From the IMG/VR virus record IMGVR_UViG_3300021963_000055, positions 40,878 to 104,877 of that record: a stretch of DNA of 64,000 nt; one strand, given 5' to 3'. Position 1 is the stretch's first letter; each line of letters starts with the position of its first letter. A model generated the notes under the pieces. That model made no database searches, was not told the origin of the DNA, and was given only the letters and a program-made list of their open reading frames with translations. The position numbers and the translations under genes are program-made. Source of the stretch: a virus. This document shows positions 33,101 through 41,005 of the stretch, piece by piece.

Positions 33101-34073
33101 CCTCTGCTGTAATAGGTCCAACATATCCAAATCCTTTATTTGCAATTTTAACTCCATCTACAGCAATTCCTCCAGATGAAGTCATTTTGGTGACAATCAT
33201 CTCTGCTGTTTTTGTAGTAGTTAATGTTAACGGATTTACGGATCCAGTTCCAGATCCAATTATTTTAATTATTGGAGGAGATAGTAATTCATTATTAATT
33301 TTTTCGTAATAATATCCAGAACCACTATTTACAACTTGAAAGGAACTTATATCGCCAGAATAATTTAAAATATTAATATATGCTCCAAATCCACTTGGAT
33401 TCAATTTTAATTTTACTCGTTTTTCATTAAATAAAATTCTAAACAATAATTTGTGAGAATTTTCGGTTCCTTTAGAACGATAAAAAGAATTAATATTTTT
33501 TAAAAATGATACTATATTTAATTCGGGAGTTAATACTTCTGGAAGAGTTGGCGAAATTTCGGATTTAATTCTATTAAAAAATTCAATTGTAAATTGATAT
33601 GAAATATTGTATACTAATGTGCCAGATGCATAAGATTTTGCATCTCCTCCGTTTGTGTATACAATATTTGTAGAAGGAATTTTTTCTAATGTAAATGCGC
33701 CTGTAGATCGAACGCAATTTAAAAATTGCTGTTTAGTTTTTGTTTTGTAAAATATTATTTCGTCTTCGATTTGAATATAACCATTTGAATCAGGAAATCC
33801 ATCAGTGCTGGCAACAGTAAGGGTAGTTTCAGTTGCAGATATTGAAGAAGAAATACTAGTATACTCTTTTAACTTACTAATAGAGTAATGGCCAATGTTA
33901 TAATATTCAATTAAATTTTCAACAATATCCAAAGAATTATATTTAACTTCCTGGGATTCATAGTAAGAAGTTAAAAATGATATAAATTTTGGATTAGATT
34001 CCCTTACAAATGACGGAAGTTGCTTTTCAATTAATACTGAAGTATTAATAATTTTTTCGTCTAAATTTGTCAT
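24114..34073 (-). CDS. gp7: Baseplate wedge initiator (gp7-like) with a long internal repeat array, 3319 aa
   Basis: Motifs FYRSKGTENSHKLLFRILF and IHDSNYYQDWSY...HPTGFKLFG; between gp6 and gp8; many FNG...NG..Q.P..DY...I.F..AP repeats. Confidence 0.8.
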   Translation of the reverse strand: MTNLDEKIINTSVLIEKQLPSFVRESNPKFISFLTSYYESQEVKYNSLDIVENLIEYYNIGHYSISKLKEYTSISSSISATETTLTVASTDGFPDSNGYIQIEDEIIFYKTKTKQQFLNCVRSTGAFTLEKIPSTNIVYTNGGDAKSYASGTLVYNISYQFTIEFFNRIKSEISPTLPEVLTPELNIVSFLKNINSFYRSKGTENSHKLLFRILFNEKRVKLKLNPSGFGAYINILNYSGDISSFQVVNSGSGYYYEKINNELLSPPIIKIIGSGTGSVNPLTLTTTKTAEMIVTKMTSSGGIAVDGVKIANKGFGYVGPITAEVRERSFDPDQIVNCIDSNNNIIGSGKVYSWSDSSRELILYQISGYFTSNSRIVGIGGESPRARIAAAYLTETNKQGNPSIEIISIDPKIERPKENVIKGSSANFYERRIIRCELISGAENLDNVKLIELVQSRDLSYKIPGISLQISEIQNLENNLYEFEIDSNLNYKKLFLPPSTIATQTSTVTSNSLSSISTIDAKNFPQKSGKLYINGRVIEYSTRTNTQFLNCRIISGTSPLTISNSTAIYLYGRTCLTSGNVNYFLNGYLNGDRTKSPIIFRMLALPSDITVTDGGALYTSSIFKFNESTTNSILKSKSYNFGSIDEVIIENPGFNYRTNDKLKVDNSFTYGTGFSAYVAQVYGVNISSYNFVTEFGNSYIEINTTINHNLQTNDLLIFDNPLLLKQKVFSVRSSTKFLIPKPKQFSSLIQTLNYTTTSKTAMGGIVKINISSKGNNYKKLPEVIGVETTSGYGALMQLNSSNIGKISAINCQSVTGELIGDRKKQFPIKFSSTAKIKNNFQIASIEVISGGVNYRPTDKIKINGIIDNNYKFKIDTSCGIITNITVINGGSNLNYIPTVTIESEYGVGVELKVNLSRKLIFANDELKIGSFVNPTAICKVINFDVPSSTIEFEKISGTVNNNDLIYLPDGSLYGNIFSIKTASAHAKTSTNVSFPYKFLDNYGFLNDTTQKIHDSNYYQDWSYSIASSKNTLDWKNDVIKNTHPTGFKLFGKNLIHNQTALFKNEQDIFNSSVIFKATLLNLLDLNLKLSDCKTQKISISDVSLFAVGQFIYGNLSGAFGIIQSFSENYIEVLILKQTKFIVGDFIFEVSKEFAATGANQTDYAFVFYSGILQKPIDSYYVSNDNLIFNFALNPTDNIVAHKLTTNFEVLNFVLEGNKLNLLKGRQKFNPQFAERLLISIDGVVQEPTFTVSENVVTFNSIISPESNIFVLYHQNLKVLTFNGSGFNYTLNYTPSDTCNLLIFANSVFQSELVTDFTIFGNQISLSSSVNASDIFGWYIDESVACYLDNINTSQPNKITQIYDCDVHKLNCYIESNAIKTPKSLYQTTKDLLDGTVYTDPDNTTVYGYDTRFTYSNPEYSTSYVEVLNEIKFNGTLTTFALKYADGISYTPINGKNNLIVYVNNTILDSSQYTLSGSNITFNQVYPTGTKCTIVDFISKYLSNTTTSSKGADLDRLNVIQNGTRKTFNLSDRGVPHYVKNLEDIFVIKNGNLIKPDSQSHTVFANKITFNLAPTSTDNIKLAYFNRQLSPQKTKNVLIDPFICFNGVRATFPITLDGILFAPITEHHVIVIRNGVYQKPVTDYIIVGSNITFTTTPLYGEIISMYYAYDGLNQNFEFDTFKKYNGIETKFSLTKNYISINPATSSNLQVIRNGAYQYPGIDYTMAGTSNYNYINFATAPTTDDDIVITAFMGDDLIDITNRFTQENTTSLRYTSQSPIVNTDIFLIYLNGVLQDNTAWNFNTTTNILSFSGSFVSLALDKVSILAFKSQKRFLDQITPERLDSFKEFNGVNKTFALTKNYIKTPILSNTNLQIFKNGKYLHSDVYDVKTSNNSKFIVGQNSAQYLELETAPISTDKFDIRNIVNDDIIDVTNRFSQSSPTQLQYTSTSPTIDTNTFLIYKDTAQGRILLSNETWSFSSNVLTFIQPTNLNIDNLKIIAFKTSKPKIDSFNVIQLDNFKNFNSVNVKFALTKNYLNVTNDSTFHVFRNGVYQYENVDYSIVGPDNSPSIEFLTAPNSTEAVHIVSYPNSDIVDVTNRFTQLSSNSLQYTSLTPIIDTDVFLIYVNGIIQISSWNYNSSTSILTFDENVNLSTDKVKIFGFISAKVQLDSFTVQNNISTYTLQKNNVNIPDNLTKASDLIVVIDGVVQIPEISYTASNNEITLLNQNLNINSTVLIYKLGVNYGTVLLDPIDDNFTKTTFKLQFNYKTHVIFGINSLTVIKNGITLNPITDYANLTGYITFANPILESDAIEIYVNEYQLCTNLIPITTNLPRAQDLILDINDSILVPSVNYTINGNILRLNNVINYVNYRSKVFQISSYNVDVLDYINDNYSKNTYKLSSNYVYYDNTISGNIFVYKNDTLLIPGVDYNYGIGYITFTSNISSSDIITIANYKYNLLKNNTIINTLLPATSENLILLVNGVIQKTSTYNCNSAIIELTNAHELFNIRDYSLSPVHIYQVGTSATDTIIVDYLNDDFSKSTYKLQKNYGSFNPPANSDVFVLRNGVSQNPGEDFIVGNGYITFTTNITQDDEIYIAYRHGTTEIPITNISGTSITLGTAISTNERANLVLHINGVPQFYGQNFTISGNTVTLLSNTEIDSIFAIKYPSIHFLNDPDDCPNGTRKKFRLFYNEQNLISSDIIQDADILISVNGVIQYPGVQYTISPNRGIVEFATPPQFTDEIFRIRMYGNQVVNLTSVSNSNTVYDIDNLSTTENLVVFSNNSWKFNELNEYTYNTGYRITLTSPNTSAYIFGIKFAGVFHLLDQTNTPFNGVNTKFNLFLNEDNFMPPGTVSVDSVASESSLIVTKNGKFLEAGVDYTLQGDIKSQIEFNSPLISTDIVSVKCVGSFNKLNTILVTSATNILEMSSGIPVSTLTRNGILMPILEQIVMTRTGPVQMTNSGVAAKFGPYYPNAIIERPRSHENQILVIKDGNIQSPLYDYYINNDKIIFTNTVAAGSKVVILDFRGTRLDVNVNSRSYQINVGDELHIDGESNPRVVTDILSPTLLKTTSYIGEKPSGFIGSASTTNGKVTSISISNGGKGYKNPTILRTLGTGFGAKITTNINAIKGGTIETPVQIQYPGYNQYGPQIVVPTTYAYSYKQRPLSTSNIKIGTKLTSTINSTSEIIPVANAQNFEQSEIRVEIKSSTGSGATFRPFISNGRIKKIDVLTQGIGYDDRDVEVIVIGGGGSGCVPEVILDSMGRVTSVIVRNSGEGYDTFRAIIDREIIEYTYILSNQLVGCTRSQSPTTHIQNSIVYYDKFI

Positions 34074-36277
34074 GAGCAGGTATCTGGATTTATTGGAGTG
34101 AAGTCTTCGATATTTGGATCAAGTGGAGGACATCCTAATGTAGCAAGTTGCTGTAATGTTTGAGTATCAGCATAACCTTGAGTAATAATTTTATCATATA
34201 ATTTTTGACAGTCTGTAATTGCTGTAGTTGGAGGAATAATAACTTGAGAACCGTCTGGATTTGTAGTTATAGAAGTTCCATCATCTTCAATAACTGTAAT
34301 ACTTCCATCAGCATTTCTTGTTGCACTTCCTAAAATATCTGTGACTGGTGAAATACCAAACGGATCTCCAGTGACAGGAAAAGCACTAGTAGAACTAGTA
34401 GCAGTTGGTCTAGGCAATTCAGTTTCTGGATTTAAATCATTATTTGTATAATCTTTTATATCAATTGGGTTTGTTGCGAACAATTCGGCGTTTGGATATG
34501 TATCCGAACCCGTTGTAATATCAGGACTTTCTGGTATTACGTAAATATTTATTGGATCATCTTGACAAGAAGCTATAGTAAATTCTACTTCTCCTGTTTC
34601 ATAATTAACACTACCAACTTTAGCAATTACTCTTTCCTTTAAAGTTAAAAGATAAATATCAGAATTATTTCTAGGTGAACAATCATTAACATTATAACCA
34701 GCAAATTTATTGCTAAATGCAGCTAAGAAAAGAGGTTCATTATAACCTTTAACACAAAAAGCGTCACTGATCATTGTGTATTTGTCTTGAACATTATTTT
34801 TAATTTTAGAATAAAATTTTAATTTATATCTATAATATAAATTATTGTATAATTCTACAATTCTTTTAAAAATTGGTTTTATTACGACAAATTTTATAGA
34901 TGAATCTAAATCACGAATTTGGCAAATTAATTTGGAAGATGAAAATACTCCATTAAAATTTTTAAAATCATCATCTAAATTATATTTTGCAACTTCTTGA
35001 TTAATTAATTCACTAAGTTTTCCAGAATCTTTTTTTGTTCTATTTTTTTCGTAAATTATATTAATTGCCATTAAAATATAGAATGGATTTGCATCTTCAA
35101 TAATTGGAGTTATAGATCCTACAGTATAGGTTTTAATTTCATCTGCAATTCTTTTCTTTTCAGCCGTAGAAATTTTAGTCCCTACTTTTGGTTTAATTGA
35201 AATAAAAACTTTACCATATTCGGGAGGAGATTTAGTTTCTCCTCCGACAACTCGCACTAAATCTGCATTTGCGTAAATATTTTGCAAGATACTTTCATAA
35301 TCATCATTAACTACTGCTCTTTGCTGTGCGGCATAATATCTTGGAGCCCTGTATTTAATTGATTTTATAGGTTCAAACTCAGCCCCACCATCAGTTTTTG
35401 TTGATATTGCTAATGGAGTTACATTTACATTACCAATTACAGATTCTCCACTAGTATTGGATCCTTTTACTGTGCCAACAAATTTTAATTGTGAGGTATT
35501 AATAGAATTTGCAGCAGAACCATTAGTAATTACATAACTTATGATAATGACTTCTCCATTCTGTAATTTTCTTCCTATGACATCATCTCCAAAAATTACT
35601 TCATATTTCTGATCTTGAACTTCTTCTACAAAGAAAATTTTATCTGAAGAAGATACTCCAACAATACTAGTTCTTTTCTCATATTCTACTTCTAAATTAG
35701 TTGCTGGATCGGAAATTACAGAAACTTTAATTGAATTTGCATCTATGAAGTTATTTGGAATAAAAAATCTTTGATTTTCGTTGCTATCATCTACAGTATA
35801 TCTAATTAAAAACTGTTGCCCTTCCTGAACAGTAATATTTGAAAATGTTACTGTAGAATTACCTTGGACATTTTCAACAAGTTTATCTCTAGTAATATAA
35901 GTGTAAGTTTTATTATTTTCAGTAACTGAAAATAATGGACCTGGTTCAATTACAACACTTTGGTATTGCGAAACATTATTTACTGTAATATCAAAAACAG
36001 CAGTGGATGATGTATAAGAATTTGGTGTATATCCTAACTTTTTTGCATGGGAAACTACATTATCTCTAAGAACAGCAGTATCTAAATTTAATTCATTCGC
36101 CGCCATATTGATATTATATGACGAATACATGCTATTATACGCCAAAATATCCATTAACATAGACAGATTAGATCCTTCAAAATCGTAATCTTTAAAATCT
36201 GTCTTTGTTTTGATGTAATTTTTAATAGATTCTCTGATTTGAGAAAATTCTAAAGCAGAGATAGTAGGTAGTTCCAT
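34070..36277 (-). CDS. gp6: Baseplate wedge subunit
   Basis: Motifs FKDYDFEGSNLS, NVVSHAKKLGY, QQRAVVNDDY, PPEYGKVFISIKP. Confidence 0.95.
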   Translation of the reverse strand: MELPTISALEFSQIRESIKNYIKTKTDFKDYDFEGSNLSMLMDILAYNSMYSSYNINMAANELNLDTAVLRDNVVSHAKKLGYTPNSYTSSTAVFDITVNNVSQYQSVVIEPGPLFSVTENNKTYTYITRDKLVENVQGNSTVTFSNITVQEGQQFLIRYTVDDSNENQRFFIPNNFIDANSIKVSVISDPATNLEVEYEKRTSIVGVSSSDKIFFVEEVQDQKYEVIFGDDVIGRKLQNGEVIIISYVITNGSAANSINTSQLKFVGTVKGSNTSGESVIGNVNVTPLAISTKTDGGAEFEPIKSIKYRAPRYYAAQQRAVVNDDYESILQNIYANADLVRVVGGETKSPPEYGKVFISIKPKVGTKISTAEKKRIADEIKTYTVGSITPIIEDANPFYILMAINIIYEKNRTKKDSGKLSELINQEVAKYNLDDDFKNFNGVFSSSKLICQIRDLDSSIKFVVIKPIFKRIVELYNNLYYRYKLKFYSKIKNNVQDKYTMISDAFCVKGYNEPLFLAAFSNKFAGYNVNDCSPRNNSDIYLLTLKERVIAKVGSVNYETGEVEFTIASCQDDPINIYVIPESPDITTGSDTYPNAELFATNPIDIKDYTNNDLNPETELPRPTATSSTSAFPVTGDPFGISPVTDILGSATRNADGSITVIEDDGTSITTNPDGSQVIIPPTTAITDCQKLYDKIITQGYADTQTLQQLATLGCPPLDPNIEDFTPINPDTCS

Positions 36278-36280
36278 TTA

Positions 36281-36697
36281 CTAGCTTTCTCTTACGAGGA
36301 TAAAATCTACGGTTTGTAATATTGGAGGCAATCCAACTATAAAATATTCAATACTTACATCAAACTCATTTGAATCGTCCTCAACATTTACTGTAATATT
36401 TTTTAATGTTATTCTAGATTCATATAATTGAAGGACATTTTCAATTTCTTCAATCAAAGAATTAGCGGAAAAAGTTGTTGTCAATTCAAACAAATATCCA
36501 GTAGTATTGGTTCCTACATTTGGATTGAAAAGACGTTCTCCTAATTTAGTTAAAACTAAATTTTTAACAGATTGCTTGATCGCTTCTTCATTTTTTAATA
36601 TAACAACGTCTTTTGTAATTGGATTTAGGCCAAAATTTAAACTAATGTCTTTAAATGACCTAGATATTTTGCCTAATTCTTCCGAGACAGTAGACAT
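36281..36697 (-). CDS. gp25: Baseplate wedge / sheath initiator
   Basis: Motifs FKDISLNF and AIKQSVKNLVLTKLGERLFNP; CTAAATA at 36725-36731. Confidence 0.95.
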   Translation of the reverse strand: MSTVSEELGKISRSFKDISLNFGLNPITKDVVILKNEEAIKQSVKNLVLTKLGERLFNPNVGTNTTGYLFELTTTFSANSLIEEIENVLQLYESRITLKNITVNVEDDSNEFDVSIEYFIVGLPPILQTVDFILVRES

Positions 36698-36723
36698 GTA
36701 TGTAAAAAAATAAGAATTATAAA

Positions 36724-36879
36724 CTATTTAGATGTATCTTCAAAATATTCGCAATAGTCTACATGATAAATTTTTTTATTTGTTTGTTTTATTGGAATAT
36801 AATCAGTGATTAATCGTGTAGTTCCCCACATTTGTTTCATATATGAGGTATCTCTATCAGGGTTTGGGTGAATTGCCAT
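36724..36879 (-). CDS. Small hypothetical protein (51 aa, not in the ORF track)
   Basis: MAIHPNPDRDTSYMKQMWGTTRLITDY...; GGAG RBS and ATAAATA at 36941-36947. Confidence 0.7.
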   Translation of the reverse strand: MAIHPNPDRDTSYMKQMWGTTRLITDYIPIKQTNKKIYHVDYCEYFEDTSK

Positions 36880-36951
36880 CTGTCTTCTCCAAAAAATGGG
36901 TCTAACAGAACTTTTAAAGGGGTTGCTATCCCTTCGGTAGTATTTATGGTT

Positions 36952-36976
36952 AAAAAAAGAGGGTCTAACGACCCTC
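36952..36976 (-). terminator. Rho-independent terminator
   Basis: Minus strand GAGGGTC-GTTA-GACCCTC followed by T7. Confidence 0.88.
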
Positions 36977-36983
36977 TAAATTA

Positions 36984-37127
36984 CTATTTTCCCTGTCCTC
37001 GATAAGCTTTTTTACGTCCATTTCGACTAGTTGCCGAAAGTTTAGTGTTTTGTGAACGTCCTTGACGAGTACATTTGGGTTTCCCAGGAACATAGCTGGT
37101 CTTATTGAAACTAGGTGATTTTGCCAT
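36984..37127 (-). CDS. Small basic conserved cyanophage protein (47 aa, not in the ORF track)
   Basis: MAKSPSFNKTSYVPGKPKCTRQGRSQNTKLSATSRNGRKKAYRGQGK. Confidence 0.75.
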   Translation of the reverse strand: MAKSPSFNKTSYVPGKPKCTRQGRSQNTKLSATSRNGRKKAYRGQGK

Positions 37128-37129
37128 AA

Positions 37130-37453
37130 TTAACTCACGAATAAATTTGTAGGAGCTGGTAATATTGTACGTGGAGAAGCTGGATTTGTCAAGTCCCCTA
37201 CGTGTGCGGATGGCCTTCCATTAATAAAAACTTTACTTGGCGCAATAATTGTTCTTGCTAATGGTGGACAAAAAGTGTCTTTACATACTGGAAAACCTGG
37301 AGCTGGGGTTAAAACGTCTCCAGCTTTTGCTCGTGGGCGACCTTGAGAAAAAACTGTAGATATGATAGGTGTAACTACATTAGGAGGGTATACACAACAA
37401 GGTCTAGTAGATACAGAGTCGGGGTTTCCTAATGCTGCAATTGGTCTTGTCAT
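37130..37453 (-). CDS. PAAR spike-tip protein (gp5.4-like)
   Basis: PAAR-like repeats PIAALG, GRPRAKAGD, VFINGRPSAHVGD; start placed at the ATGA overlap with the upstream stop. Confidence 0.85.
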   Translation of the reverse strand: MTRPIAALGNPDSVSTRPCCVYPPNVVTPIISTVFSQGRPRAKAGDVLTPAPGFPVCKDTFCPPLARTIIAPSKVFINGRPSAHVGDLTNPASPRTILPAPTNLFVS

Positions 37454-40400
37454 AGAACCTCTTTGTTTTGAATCTCTACTGGCCAATATTGAGAAATGTA
37501 ATTGTCTTTTCCATAACTATGTACTGTAAAAGTACTGCCTTCAAATGGAACTAAAATACTTCCAAATAGATAAACTTCACCCGACTCAATAGTTCCAGAT
37601 CCATCTGCAGTTGCAGTAAATACAGTTCCTGCAGTGTACCCATCAGGAGCACCATAATCTTTCCAATTTACACTTCCGAGAGTCTTTATTATATATGTAA
37701 TTCCTTGTTCGATAAATGCAGAGTTAGAACTTTCTTCAAATGTATAAGTTGTATTAAACATTTGACGTGTGCAACTTAAAAATTGAGTTTCTGTTTTATC
37801 TTTATAATATATAATTTCCTCTCCCAAATAGTAATGCATTAATGTTTCATTTTTTGTTTCTAAATTTATATGTTTTTTGATAATAAATTTTGGAATAATT
37901 ATATACCCAGAAGAAATAAATTGACTTGTATCATCAACTTTTATTACAGTATCATTTGGTTTCAATTCTTCTGTTAATTTTGCATATGGGGGTTCATCAA
38001 TAAATGGATTTCCTTTATTTTTAACTGCTTTTGCAATTGTTTTGCTTACTTCATTTACTCTAAAGTTTAAAATTTTTGGATATCCCGATTGATAATTAGT
38101 TCCATATATATCGGATGCAAGATTTGCTTCTCCATGCCAAATATATTGCGGTGCAGGTCCTGCAGCCCAAGCTTTTGTCCCACCACCCAAAACAACATTA
38201 AAAGGCTCAGATGCTGTGGTAACACTGGTTATAAACCCATTTGAATCTTTATTGGTGAGAATACGAAGGCCATCTATAGGATTAATATCAGGACCAGTTT
38301 GACCGTTTGAACTAGCATTCCCAGTCCATCTAGGAATAGATTTTAACATAATAGTAATTCTATTCTCTTCTGAATCTGGAATTAAACTTGAATCACTAGT
38401 AAAACTAAAATCATCAATTATATACTCTAAAGATTTAAATCTTGGAGGAATACGATATCCAGTGTTACTTCTAAATATTTTTCCAGATTTATCTTCGCCC
38501 TCAATAGATGGAGGTAAGTTTGGAATAGTAGTTTTCTTTGGTACAGAAGAACCAATTGTACCTACTGCCCTCAAAAGAATATTTTGTAAAGAATTTTCAT
38601 CTGAAATAACTCTTTTATACATTTCTTGTGGAAGATTTAATGAAGCTACATCAAAACCTCCCTGAAGATTTGATGTAATAAGATTACTTAATTCATCTTG
38701 ATTTAAAGCATCAGGAGTTTTAACATCTACACATTCATCATAACCTGCATTTTTTTCAACTGGATTAATATATTCTTTAAAAGTATCAAATTCTTGATGT
38801 GGATAATATACTTTACTATAGTCTGGATTAATTACACTGTCACATTCTATATCTTTGACTGATACCACAACTTTATTATTTAATCGTTGGTTCTCAAAAT
38901 TTATAATTTCTTTTTGAATTGCAACATAATTAGAATTTTTTAATTTTAAAGTCCAAGTTTCTAATTCTTCTTTTTCAGCAGGCCGTTTAAAATAAGTCCA
39001 AAAAATATTATTTACTTCATATCTATCATTTGTGGCAGGACTAACACATAAAAATTTCTCTTTAATGTAGTAAGTTCCATCATTTAATATTACATTTCCA
39101 AGTAAATATTTGCCAGTTTCATCCTCAAGAGGAGTAGTTTCACAAAAATTATCTTTAGAATAAAATAATGGAGTATATGTATAGAATTTTTTGTCATTAC
39201 TGATATAAACTCCGCATACTGCAGATCTGTCAATAATACCTTTACCTGCAACTACTTTAATTCTATTTGGCGCAATTAGAGCAGAACCCTGAACTCGGGT
39301 TACACTCCAACCACGAATATAGGTATTAACCTTGTTGCTATCACGTTTAAACCAAACTCTAAAGGTTTTTGTATTTACAACGTCTACTTTAGAGACAAAA
39401 TTAAAAGAATTTTTGACTCCAGATGCAGATTGATCATCAGTAATTCTAATATTTACATCAGATGGTTTAGTAATTGTAGTTGAATCTAAAAATGTAACTT
39501 CATAGTACTTCCTATTCAAGCTATCATTAGATCCACCTTCATCGTTTTGGTTCTTTGCTACAACTTTAATGTCCTTTGAGCTGCTTAGTTGTATATTTTT
39601 GTTTTTATTGTCGTTAAAAACATGATAAACAGTACTTGTATACTGAGGAGTTGAAGGGGTATTTTTTGCATAGAAGGCGTCTTTAACAAAATTAGCACTT
39701 CCACCACTAATTTCTGCGTAACAAAGAATCTGATTTGAAATATTATTTACTAATTCTGTCTTAGTAAAGGCCACATTACGAACTTTTCGCTTATTTTTGT
39801 ACTTTAGTGGCTTAGATAAGAAGATTTTAAGCCCTTGAATACCTTCAACAACAGTATCTTTTTGAATTCCATAACCAGAAACCTTATCTCCAATATTAAT
39901 AATTCTATCTTCAGTATCATCATTTTTGTTTACAAAGATAAATGATGGGGTTTTATTTTTTTCAGATAGTTTAGAGACTCTTCTACGAACGGTTTCTGAA
40001 GTACGAATGGTTTTTTCGTTCAAATATTCTGAATTATAGTTTACAACTTTATTTACAGTCCAACCATTGATGACATCACCAACGGCAATCATATCTTTAT
40101 TAGCAGTATTTTCATAAAAGAAAAAGATTTTATTGTCTATTGTACCACCATGATACACAATAGTTCCTTCTGGAATTCCCTCAACTTGACTATCAACTCT
40201 AGCTAAGTTAAAAGTGCCAGATACAGTAGTACTTTCAACTGCATAAACTGGACAACCTGCCGCACCGTCAGGTGAAGGAGGTGGAGTAGTTACTGTAATG
40301 CCACCAGCAGGACGACTTGGCAACGTATGAGTTAGTGGCCATTCAAAAATATGAAAGAAATATTGTTCATCATATGAAGGATCAGCTTTGCAATATCTTC

Positions 40401-40746
40401 TATAAACTGGTTTAGAAATTATTTCATCATCATTAGATGAAATAATTTCATACTCTGGCTGATAATAAACAGTATCAATAAAATTAACTACGTCTCCACT
40501 TGCGTTTTCTGGATTATTCAGATCAGGAACTTTGATGATAGACTTTTTTAGTTTTTCTTGCTTAGTTCCATTTATAATTGTTTTTCTAGATGCACTGGGT
40601 GGCCTGACTTCAAACCAGTGCTTTTCTTTATAATTAAATTCTATTGTAATTTTAGCTGGAGGTCCATTTTCTGGCGGAGGGCACTGATCATAAGTAAAAG
40701 TTAATTTTGCATCAATTGCCTCTGATTTTCCACTGCAGTTAGCCAT
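37450..40746 (-). CDS. Large virion structural protein, function unknown
   Basis: 1098-aa beta-rich ORF translationally coupled to PAAR, with a C-terminal GEEIIYY..KTETQF..CTR module also seen in the gp7-like protein. Confidence 0.65.
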   Translation of the reverse strand: MANCSGKSEAIDAKLTFTYDQCPPPENGPPAKITIEFNYKEKHWFEVRPPSASRKTIINGTKQEKLKKSIIKVPDLNNPENASGDVVNFIDTVYYQPEYEIISSNDDEIISKPVYRRYCKADPSYDEQYFFHIFEWPLTHTLPSRPAGGITVTTPPPSPDGAAGCPVYAVESTTVSGTFNLARVDSQVEGIPEGTIVYHGGTIDNKIFFFYENTANKDMIAVGDVINGWTVNKVVNYNSEYLNEKTIRTSETVRRRVSKLSEKNKTPSFIFVNKNDDTEDRIINIGDKVSGYGIQKDTVVEGIQGLKIFLSKPLKYKNKRKVRNVAFTKTELVNNISNQILCYAEISGGSANFVKDAFYAKNTPSTPQYTSTVYHVFNDNKNKNIQLSSSKDIKVVAKNQNDEGGSNDSLNRKYYEVTFLDSTTITKPSDVNIRITDDQSASGVKNSFNFVSKVDVVNTKTFRVWFKRDSNKVNTYIRGWSVTRVQGSALIAPNRIKVVAGKGIIDRSAVCGVYISNDKKFYTYTPLFYSKDNFCETTPLEDETGKYLLGNVILNDGTYYIKEKFLCVSPATNDRYEVNNIFWTYFKRPAEKEELETWTLKLKNSNYVAIQKEIINFENQRLNNKVVVSVKDIECDSVINPDYSKVYYPHQEFDTFKEYINPVEKNAGYDECVDVKTPDALNQDELSNLITSNLQGGFDVASLNLPQEMYKRVISDENSLQNILLRAVGTIGSSVPKKTTIPNLPPSIEGEDKSGKIFRSNTGYRIPPRFKSLEYIIDDFSFTSDSSLIPDSEENRITIMLKSIPRWTGNASSNGQTGPDINPIDGLRILTNKDSNGFITSVTTASEPFNVVLGGGTKAWAAGPAPQYIWHGEANLASDIYGTNYQSGYPKILNFRVNEVSKTIAKAVKNKGNPFIDEPPYAKLTEELKPNDTVIKVDDTSQFISSGYIIIPKFIIKKHINLETKNETLMHYYLGEEIIYYKDKTETQFLSCTRQMFNTTYTFEESSNSAFIEQGITYIIKTLGSVNWKDYGAPDGYTAGTVFTATADGSGTIESGEVYLFGSILVPFEGSTFTVHSYGKDNYISQYWPVEIQNKEVL

Positions 40747-40769
40747 ATTTATTAAGAACGGATAAAGCC

Positions 40770-40952
40770 TTAGTCTCCTACTTTATGTATGCGAATTCCT
40801 GGAGTATCATGATGATCAAAGTACTCAAACTCTAAAGTATCTCCCTCTTGCCATTGCATCTCATCGAGGATCTCATCAGGAAATGTAATGAAGTACTCAC
40901 CAGATTTGTCATCATATTGCACTTCAGTTGTAAACGAAGAAAGACTAGACAT
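40770..40952 (-). CDS. AbrB/MazE-like small DNA-binding protein
   Basis: YFITFPDEILDEMQWQEGDTLEF matches the swapped-hairpin AbrB pattern. Confidence 0.7.
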   Translation of the reverse strand: MSSLSSFTTEVQYDDKSGEYFITFPDEILDEMQWQEGDTLEFEYFDHHDTPGIRIHKVGD

Positions 40953-40986
40953 TTTTATTTTTTAAAACTTACAGTATATAGCCAAA

Positions 40987-40993
40987 ATAAATA
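40987..40993 (+). promoter_or_regulatory. Late promoter for the + strand gene at 41006
   Basis: ATAAATA 12 nt before the ATG. Confidence 0.7.
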
Positions 40994-41005
40994 TTTAAAA
41001 AACAC

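Noticed and set aside
422-38665. Numerous + strand ORFs opposite structural genes
   Set aside because: They are antisense shadows of well-supported genes and have no signals of their own.
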